Part shown: piece after piece, positions 48,994-55,388 of the stretch
Layout: each line of letters opens with the position of its first letter
Position numbering within the stretch: position 1 is the first letter of the stretch
Source of the DNA: an uncultured Eubacteriales bacterium
GTDB taxonomy: Bacteria > Bacillota > Clostridia > Oscillospirales > Oscillospiraceae
Reading direction: 5' to 3'
Length of the DNA stretch: 55,388 nucleotides
Assembly (NCBI GenBank): GCA_900550615.1
Contig: URSX01000001.1
Span: 1 to 55,388, forward strand
The notes under the pieces: generated by a model
Databases searched by the model: none
Told to the model about the DNA's origin: nothing
Seen by the model: the letters and a program-made list of their open reading frames with translations, nothing else
Program-made: the position numbers and the translations under genes

Positions 48994-49370
48994 TGGCTCC
49001 ACCGCTCCGCCTCCTCGTCCCACTGTACCCGCACGGTGCTCTCGCCGCCTTCCCCGGCGGCGCTTTTCATCAGCTGGTTCAGCTCCTTCACCAGCGCCGT
49101 CAGATCCCGTATGGTCTTCACGTCCGTCTCTTCCTCCTCCAGCCGTCCGATCTCCCGCATGGCCGCCTCCGACAGTCTTTCCGTCACCTCCCGCATGTCC
49201 GGTGCCGGCGGAGCCTTCCTGCCGCCCTTGATCCATCCCTCCGCCTTGGCGTGGGTCTGTACCGTCTGCCGGTTCACGCCGAACCGGGCCGCCAGCTCCA
49301 TCTGGCTGCCCTCTCCCCGCTCATAGGCTTCGCGCACCCGTCTCCAGAACGCCTCTCCCTTTTTGCTCAT
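48990..49370 (-). CDS. Putative terminase small subunit (HTH)
   Basis: SQMELAARFGVNRQTV..AKAEGW HTH; ATGA overlap with terL. Confidence 0.65.
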   Translation of the reverse strand: MSKKGEAFWRRVREAYERGEGSQMELAARFGVNRQTVQTHAKAEGWIKGGRKAPPAPDMREVTERLSEAAMREIGRLEEEETDVKTIRDLTALVKELNQLMKSAAGEGGESTVRVQWDEEAERWSQ

Positions 49371-49531
49371 AGCTCCTCCCCCGCGATCAGCCGGAAGGGC
49401 GCGAACCAGTGTCCCGCGAACTCCTCCAGGCACTCCCTGCACACGCACTCACCGTTGATCTGGTAGTACTCCGCTCCTTCGTAAATCTCTCCGTCGCAGC
49501 GGTCGCACCGCACCCATGCTCTCTCCTCCAT
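49367..49531 (-). CDS. Small zinc-finger protein
   Basis: CDRC...CREC, 54 aa, GGAGG RBS, coupled to the next gene. Confidence 0.6.
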   Translation of the reverse strand: MEERAWVRCDRCDGEIYEGAEYYQINGECVCRECLEEFAGHWFAPFRLIAGEEL

Positions 49532-49590
49532 GTCAGACCCTCCCTTTTGTTTTTCTACCTCCCCCCGTTTTTCTTCCATCCTTGCTCTTT

Positions 49591-49612
49591 TGTTGTCCTT
49601 CCGCCTGCAACA
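49591..49612. promoter_or_regulatory. 22-bp TGTTG-N12-CAACA motif upstream of the first module gene
   Basis: TGTTGTCCTTCCGCCTGCAACA. Confidence 0.6.
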
Positions 49613-49629
49613 TCTCCCTCTCCGCACAC

Positions 49630-49666
49630 AAAAACACCCTCCTCCGCCCAAAGGCGGAAGAGGGTG
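49630..49666 (-). terminator. Intrinsic terminator insulating the phage-like module
   Basis: Minus strand CACCCTCTTCCGCC / GGCGGAGGAGGGTG followed by TTTTT. Confidence 0.75.
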
Positions 49667-49676
49667 CCTCGTCCAT

Positions 49677-50039
49677 TTACCAGTTGTAGTTGTCTGCCCG
49701 GGTGATCCCTCCCAGCATGGCGTTGGGCAGGGGTATGTCGTTGAAAATGATGACGATCTCACTCCTGTTCTCCCCGGTCATCTTGGCCAGCTCATCGGTC
49801 AGCTCACCCATAATGGCCTTTTTGGCCTCGTTGGTGCGATCCGGGATCATGGTCCAGTCGATGAGCACTGTGGGTGCGGTCTTGCGTACATTTTCCGGCT
49901 CCTTCTCGTGGAAATACACATAGATGTTCTTCGGCAGAGTGCTGGTGTGGCTGCAAATGCTGTTGGCGGCAAACTCCATAAAGTCCCGCTTTTTCTGCAC
50001 GTCCTGCTTTCCCGTTACGCTCACATGAATGATAGGTAT
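49677..50039 (-). CDS. Tautomerase-superfamily protein with an ATA in the start position
   Basis: AAGGAGG-N8-ATA CCT ATC ATT CAT (xPIIH); two beta-alpha-beta-like units; RTNEAKKAI. Confidence 0.6.
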   Translation of the reverse strand: MPIIHVSVTGKQDVQKKRDFMEFAANSICSHTSTLPKNIYVYFHEKEPENVRKTAPTVLIDWTMIPDRTNEAKKAIMGELTDELAKMTGENRSEIVIIFNDIPLPNAMLGGITRADNYNW

Positions 50040-50526
50040 TTTCTTGTCCTCCTTATTTATATAGGCATCCCGCCCATGCCAGGGTGTCGTTTACCGATCA
50101 AAAAAAGCGGCTCCGCCGGATCTGGCGAAGCCGCTTCTGCATCCTTTTGGGGGTTCGTGCCTCTCAGGCCGTCCCCCTTGCAAAACCGCTTGTCGATTCC
50201 CGGCTGTGTTCCTCGCTGCCGCCCAGAATAATAATTCGCAGCAGCGCAAAAATGGACGCAGCAATAGCTGCGCCCAGAATCATCATAGCGGTCATTTTTG
50301 TGCAGGAAGACATAGCACAGCTGTCCTGTGCCTTCGCGGTCATATTTCGTCTGTCAGGCCCGCAGCGCAGCCCATCTGGTCATCACGCTGCCCATAGCCT
50401 GAGCCGGCTCTCCGGGCGCATTCTCCAGCTCCCGCTTCACAGATGCTTCTATCGTCTCCTGCGCCGCCGCAGCCTCCCGGGAATAGGGCACACCGCCAAA
50501 GAGCATCTCAACCAAATCTTTTACTC

Positions 50527-51054
50527 TCATATTCTTTTCTCCAGCATCACCAGATCCACCCCGGAAATGCCGTTGAACACGCAGGGCACCACACCCGCCT
50601 CCCTGTAGCCCAGCTTCCCGTAGAGTCGCCGGGCGCTCACATTCCGGGCGTTGGTGTCCATCCGCAGGTACGCGCATCCGTTTTCGGCGGCGTACCCCTC
50701 GTAAAATTCCACAAACGCTTTCCCAAGGCCCTGTCTGCTTTCCTCCGGCTCGATGACCAGGGTGTGCAGCACCATCACCTGCTCGTCCTCTGCCGGGTAC
50801 TGCCAGGCCACATCCGCGTATACATCCACCTGCACCCGGTTGATGATGGCCGCGCCCACGATGCGCCCCGCCGCCTCCTGCACGAAGAGGTCGTCCCGCT
50901 CCAGGGCATCGGCCGCCGTCTGCCCGGTGGGGTAAACGCCCCGCACCCAGCCCACATAGCTTCCGCCGTTTTCCTGCGACGCAAGGATGTTTTCGTAGAT
51001 CTGCCCCACAGCCTCCAGGTCGCTCTTTTTTGCCTTGCGAAACGTGATCTCCAT
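50527..51054 (-). CDS. GNAT acetyltransferase
   Basis: RQGLGK, LRMDTN..N..ARRLYGKLGY. Confidence 0.85.
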   Translation of the reverse strand: MEITFRKAKKSDLEAVGQIYENILASQENGGSYVGWVRGVYPTGQTAADALERDDLFVQEAAGRIVGAAIINRVQVDVYADVAWQYPAEDEQVMVLHTLVIEPEESRQGLGKAFVEFYEGYAAENGCAYLRMDTNARNVSARRLYGKLGYREAGVVPCVFNGISGVDLVMLEKRI

Positions 51055-51123
51055 GGTTTTCCTCCTCATTTTTTCGTCTTAAAAAAGGGTGCAGCCCACG
51101 CCGCACCCTCCGCACATCGTTTG

Positions 51124-51399
51124 TTACCGCCGGATCACATAGTCGTAGATCTCAAAGCCGCCCACCACCAGGTTAAACAGGCCAAAAGCCAGTATCAGGA
51201 TGGCTGCCAGCCGCCGGGAGGTATTCTGTTTCTTCCCCGTACCCTTGAGCATGTCCGCGCCCTCGGTGCTCATAGCCACACACAGCGTCAGCGCCGTCAG
51301 TCCCGGCACATAGAATACCCCCGCCTTGTGCAGAGCCCAGGTGGCCACGGCGACCAGCAGGAACACCACAGCGATCTTCTGCAATTTACTCATATCCAT
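51124..51399 (-). CDS. Small membrane protein
   Basis: Three hydrophobic segments, GGAGGAG RBS. Confidence 0.6.
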   Translation of the reverse strand: MDMSKLQKIAVVFLLVAVATWALHKAGVFYVPGLTALTLCVAMSTEGADMLKGTGKKQNTSRRLAAILILAFGLFNLVVGGFEIYDYVIRR

Positions 51400-51447
51400 T
51401 CTCCTCCCGGCCTACCGCCGTCATTTTTTCCAGTGTAGCGGAAATAT

Positions 51448-51999
51448 TCACAAAGTGCAAGCCTTTTCTTCCAGCAGCCTGGCCTTCAGCACCGCCGTGA
51501 CGGTCTTTCCGTCCCGTATCTCCCCCTTCAGGCATTTTTCCACCACTTCTTCAAAGGGGAAAAACCGCGCCTCCAGGAATTCATCCTCGTCCAGATGCTG
51601 CTCCGAGAAGGTCAGTCCCTCCGCCATGTACAGGTGCAGCACCTCGCCGTAGCACCCCGGGGAGGCGATGACCTGCCCCAGATCCGTCCACTTTTCCGCC
51701 GCCGCACCCACCTCTTCGGCAAGCTCCCTCTGCGCCGTTTCAAAAGGCTCCTCGTCTTTTTCCCGCTTCCCCGCCGGAATCTCCCACAGGTGCTCTCCCA
51801 CAGCGTAGCGGTACTGGCGCACCAGTGCCACCCGCCCCTGTCCATCCAGGGCCAGTATCCCCACGCCGCCGGGGTGATCCACCACCTCCCGCACGCCGTG
51901 TCCGCCCCCGGGCAGCAGCACCTCGTCCCGGCGCACCCGGATGATGCGCCCGTTATAAACCTCTCGGCTATCCAACGTCTTTTCCGTTAAATCCTGCAT
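51448..51999 (-). CDS. nudF: ADP-ribose pyrophosphatase (Nudix)
   Basis: EIPAGK..E...AQRELAEEVG, SPG, DEDEFLE. Confidence 0.85.
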   Translation of the reverse strand: MQDLTEKTLDSREVYNGRIIRVRRDEVLLPGGGHGVREVVDHPGGVGILALDGQGRVALVRQYRYAVGEHLWEIPAGKREKDEEPFETAQRELAEEVGAAAEKWTDLGQVIASPGCYGEVLHLYMAEGLTFSEQHLDEDEFLEARFFPFEEVVEKCLKGEIRDGKTVTAVLKARLLEEKACTL

Positions 52000-52057
52000 G
52001 ATGTATCCCTCCGTTTTTCTGCAGTATAGCATATTTCCCCCCGGTTATCAATTTTTG

Positions 52058-52085
52058 TGGACTTTTGGAGCGGGTATGGTATAAT
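52058..52085 (+). promoter_or_regulatory. sigmaA-type promoter for hydA
   Basis: TGGACT-N16-TATAAT with extended TG. Confidence 0.5.
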
Positions 52086-52153
52086 GAAACCGACAAAATT
52101 TTTCTGCGCGGCTCATTGCGCGCGGAACCGAGAAAAAACAAGGGGGTTCTGCT

Positions 52154-53527
52154 ATGAAATATCTGTTCAAAAACGGCACTGTGGTCTCCGGCCGGGGCAC
52201 CCGCCGAGCGGATGTTCTGGTGGAGGATGAAAAGATCCTGCAGGTGGGCCGCAATCTCTGCGCCCCTCTGGCCCGGGTCGTTGACGTCACCGGCAAGCTG
52301 CTCATGCCCGGTTTTATCGATGCCCACACCCACTTTGACCTGGACGTGTGCAACACCACCACCATCGATGATTTTGACTCCGGTACCAAGTCCGCCATCC
52401 GGGGCGGCACCACCACCATCGTGGATTTCGCCTGCCCCAACAAGGGCGAGTCTCTGCACCACGGCCTGGAGCTGTGGCACAAAAAGGCCGATGGCAAGTG
52501 CTGGTGCGACTATGGCTTCCACATGACCATCGACGACTGGAACGAGGAGATCGAAAAAGAGATCGACGACATGTACGCCGCCGGCATCTCCTCCTTCAAG
52601 ATGTATATGACCTATCCCGCCATGATGATCGGGGACGAGGCCATGTACAAGGCCCTGAAAAAGCTCAAGGAAAAGGGCGGCATCTGCGGTGTCCACTGCG
52701 AAAACAGCGGTGTCATCAACGCCCTCATTGCGGAGAAGAAGGACGCCGGCCAGATGGGCGTCTCCTCCCATCCCGAGACCCGCCCCGATTTTCTGGAGGC
52801 CGAGGCCGTGAGCCGTCTCCTGCGCATCGCCCAGGCGGTGGATATTCCCGTGGTCATCGTCCACCTGACCAATGCCGCCACCCTGGCGGAGGTCACCGCC
52901 GCCCGCCGCCGGGGGCAGAAGGTGTATGTGGAGACCTGCCCCCAGTATCTGGTGCTGGACGATAGCGTGTATTATAACGAGGACTACACCCGTGCCGCCC
53001 GCTACGTCTGCGCGCCTCCCATCCGCAAGGCGGAGGACTGCCGCGCCCTGTGGGCCGGTCTGCGCAAGGGGGATATCCAGACCATTTCCACCGACCACTG
53101 CGCCTTCACTCTGGAGCAGAAGGACGCCGGCCGTGGTGATTTCACCAAGATCCCCGGGGGCCTTCCCGGGGTAGAGACCCGGGGTGAGCTGGTGTATTCC
53201 TTCGGCGTGGCCACCCGGAAAATTTCTCTGGCCACCATGTGCAAGGCCCTGTCGGAAAACCCCGCCAAGCTCTACGGTATGTTCCCCCGCAAGGGCATCA
53301 TCGCCCCCGGTGCGGACGCGGACATTGTGGTCTACGATCCCCAGGCCGATCACATCCTCCGCGCCGAGGATATGGTCAGCCGCGCCGGCTACACCCCCTA
53401 TGAGGGCTTCGTCACCCGCGGCTGTATAAGCCAGGTGTGGCTGCGGGGCAATCTCATGGTGGAAAACGGCCATGTGATCGGCCAGCAAATGGGCCGCTAC
53501 ATGGTCCGCGGCAAGAACATGCTCTAA
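52154..53527 (+). CDS. hydA: Dihydropyrimidinase
   Basis: PGFIDAHTH, SSFKMYM, VHCEN, ETCPQYL, TDHC. Confidence 0.88.
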   Translation: MKYLFKNGTVVSGRGTRRADVLVEDEKILQVGRNLCAPLARVVDVTGKLLMPGFIDAHTHFDLDVCNTTTIDDFDSGTKSAIRGGTTTIVDFACPNKGESLHHGLELWHKKADGKCWCDYGFHMTIDDWNEEIEKEIDDMYAAGISSFKMYMTYPAMMIGDEAMYKALKKLKEKGGICGVHCENSGVINALIAEKKDAGQMGVSSHPETRPDFLEAEAVSRLLRIAQAVDIPVVIVHLTNAATLAEVTAARRRGQKVYVETCPQYLVLDDSVYYNEDYTRAARYVCAPPIRKAEDCRALWAGLRKGDIQTISTDHCAFTLEQKDAGRGDFTKIPGGLPGVETRGELVYSFGVATRKISLATMCKALSENPAKLYGMFPRKGIIAPGADADIVVYDPQADHILRAEDMVSRAGYTPYEGFVTRGCISQVWLRGNLMVENGHVIGQQMGRYMVRGKNML

Positions 53528-53534
53528 GGAACAG

Positions 53535-54122
53535 GTGCCCGCTATGAACCATACCTTCGGATATATTCTGTGCTGCCAGTCTCCGGCTCTGTTCCTGCTG
53601 GCCATTGTGCTGGTGATTTCCTTCTTTGTCCGCCGGGGCCGGGCCAGGATCCGGGCCGTGCTGTCCCTTCTGGCTGCCATCGTCTGCATCGCCCTGGGTG
53701 TAGTGCTGTACTATCAGGGCATGCTGCGGGAATACTTCGCCGTGCGCAATTTCTGGCACATCCGGATCCCGGGCTGGGTAGGACTCATTCTGGTGGCTGT
53801 GCTGCTGGTGTACCTGCTGATCAATGCGCTGCTGCGCGCCTCCGCCCGCCGCTCGGCTGAAAAGGCCCGGCGGCAGGAAATGGAAAAGGCCAGAGCCGAT
53901 GCCTATGAGGCCGGCCGGACAGAGGCCATGTCCTCCCTGGTTTCCGCCACTGCAGAGGGGATGCAGTCCACTCCCGCCGCCCCGGCAGACACCCCCGAGT
54001 CCCCGGACTCTTCCGCTGCTCCCGACGCGTCCGCCGTGTCCGAAACCGCTGCCGTCCCCGCTGGCGATACCCCCGCCGCAGCCGATGCCGCCCCGGCCCA
54101 GGAGCAGCAAAGCATCCCTTAA
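53535..54122 (+). CDS. Hypothetical membrane protein with Ala/Pro-rich tail
   Basis: Three TM segments followed by a low-complexity tail. Confidence 0.6.
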   Translation: MPAMNHTFGYILCCQSPALFLLAIVLVISFFVRRGRARIRAVLSLLAAIVCIALGVVLYYQGMLREYFAVRNFWHIRIPGWVGLILVAVLLVYLLINALLRASARRSAEKARRQEMEKARADAYEAGRTEAMSSLVSATAEGMQSTPAAPADTPESPDSSAAPDASAVSETAAVPAGDTPAAADAAPAQEQQSIP

Positions 54123-54137
54123 TGTAAATACCACAAA

Positions 54138-54163
54138 AAAGCCACCCCTCCCGGGGTGGCTTT
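54138..54163. terminator. Terminator between convergent genes
   Basis: AAAGCCACCCC / GGGGTGGCTTT. Confidence 0.7.
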
Positions 54164-54246
54164 CAGTATATCATAATATCGTATGGAATCAAAAATTTTC
54201 TTCGCCGCAAGGCGCGTCCTTTTACTCTCGACAAATGCCTTCTACT

Positions 54247-55362
54247 TTACACATTGAACCGGAAGTAGATCATGTCGCCGTCCTTGACCACATAGTCCTT
54301 GCCCTCGGAGCGCAGCAGCCCCTTTTCCTTGGCCGCGGCCACGCTGCCGCCGCAGGCCATCATCTCGTCAAAGTTGATGGTCTCCGCCCGGATGAAGCCT
54401 CGCTCGATGTCCGAGTGGATCTTGCCTGCGGCCTGGGGCGCCTTGGTGCCCTTTTTGATGGTCCAGGCCCGGCACTCGTCCTTGCCGTAGGTGAGGAAGG
54501 AGATAAGGCCCAGCAGGTCATAGCTGCACTGGATCAGTCGGTCCAGTCCCGATTTTTCCACCCCCAGCTCCTCCAGAAACATGGCCCGCTCCTCGGGGTC
54601 ATCCAGCTCGGCAATATCCTGCTCCAGCTTGGCGCAGATGGGCAGCACCTGGGCCCCCTCTTTTTCGGCCAGCGCCTTGACGTCGTTAAAATAAGGGTTG
54701 CTGTCACAGTCGGCAAAGCCCGCCTCGTCCATGTTGGCGGCGTAGATGATGGGCTTCAGGCTCAGCAGATCGGCGGTGGCCAGCAGCGCAGCGTCCTCCT
54801 TGTCACACTCAAAGGTGCGGGCGGACTTCCCCCCGTCCAGATGCTCCGCTAGAGCCTTGAACACCTCCGCCTCGTGGAGAAATTTCTTGTCGCCCTTGGC
54901 CGCCTTGCTGGCCTTTTCCACCCGGCGGTTCACCATCTCCAGATCCGCCATGATCAGCTCTAGATCGATGGTCTCAATGTCTCCCAGGGGATCCACCGGC
55001 ACATTGGTACCTGCATCGGCCACCACATGCATGATGTTCTCGTCGTCAAAGCAGCGTACCACATGGACGATGGCATCGGTGCGGCGGATGTTCTCCAGAA
55101 ACTTGTTTCCCAGCCCCGCACCCTGGCTGGCGCCCTTGACAAGGCCCGCGATGTCCACGAATTCGATGACCGCCGGAGTCTTTTTGTCCGGCTGGTACAT
55201 CTCCGCCAGCTTGTCCAGCCTTGCATCCGGCACCGCCACCACACCCACATTGGGCTCGATGGTGCAGAAGGGATAGTTGGCGCTCTCCGCTCCGGCGTTG
55301 GTGATGGCGTTGAAAAGAGTCGACTTGCCCACATTGGGCAGCCCCACGATACCTAATTTCAT
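54247..55362 (-). CDS. ychF: Redox-regulated ATPase YchF
   Basis: GLPNVGKST, NYPFCTIEPN, DIAGLV, TGS domain ending FRFNV. Confidence 0.95.
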   Translation of the reverse strand: MKLGIVGLPNVGKSTLFNAITNAGAESANYPFCTIEPNVGVVAVPDARLDKLAEMYQPDKKTPAVIEFVDIAGLVKGASQGAGLGNKFLENIRRTDAIVHVVRCFDDENIMHVVADAGTNVPVDPLGDIETIDLELIMADLEMVNRRVEKASKAAKGDKKFLHEAEVFKALAEHLDGGKSARTFECDKEDAALLATADLLSLKPIIYAANMDEAGFADCDSNPYFNDVKALAEKEGAQVLPICAKLEQDIAELDDPEERAMFLEELGVEKSGLDRLIQCSYDLLGLISFLTYGKDECRAWTIKKGTKAPQAAGKIHSDIERGFIRAETINFDEMMACGGSVAAAKEKGLLRSEGKDYVVKDGDMIYFRFNV

Positions 55363-55388
55363 TTGTACTCATTCTCCTTCGATTTTCC

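Larger units (their letters stand above)
35600..49531 (-). mobile_element. Podovirus-like virion/packaging module (GTA-like or remnant prophage)
   Basis: Co-oriented terminase, portal, Prp, scaffold, capsid, adaptor and tail genes; no recognisable integrase, replication or lysis genes. Confidence 0.75.

Noticed and set aside
50160..50530. Short minus-strand ORF after the GNAT gene (MRVKDLVEMLF...)
   Set aside because: Ends after 58 codons with no recognisable family; possibly a gene remnant but not supportable

Overview
GC-rich Firmicutes (Clostridia, most like Oscillospiraceae) chromosomal window with three parts. (1) 1-17.2 kb is probably the right portion of an integrated element. It holds IS110 and possible integrase remnants, a lower-GC peptide-use cluster (M28 peptidase, Opp/Dpp ABC transporter, C45 hydrolase, Crp/Fnr regulator) and a citrate lyase operon. 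It ends in a large serine recombinase that runs in frame, without a stop, into the 3' part of the sporulation gene spoVT; a sigmaF/sigmaG-like promoter lies upstream. (2) 17.7-35.5 kb and 49.7-55.4 kb are mostly housekeeping genes: nfnAB-like, trigger factor paralog, ylmH, an internally deleted udk, xpaC-telA, putP, flippase, nudF, hydA and ychF. (3) 35.6-49.5 kb is an apparently intact 14 kb podovirus-like packaging and virion module (TerS, TerL, portal, Prp protease, scaffold, N4-gp56-type capsid, adaptor, tail and cell-wall proteins). I could not recognise an integrase, repressor, replication or lysis gene in it. It contains host-type REP-like repeats, and a 22-bp motif sits upstream of two of its transcription units, making it a candidate gene-transfer-agent-like domesticated phage. 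All assignments come from motif recognition by eye; no database searches were run.
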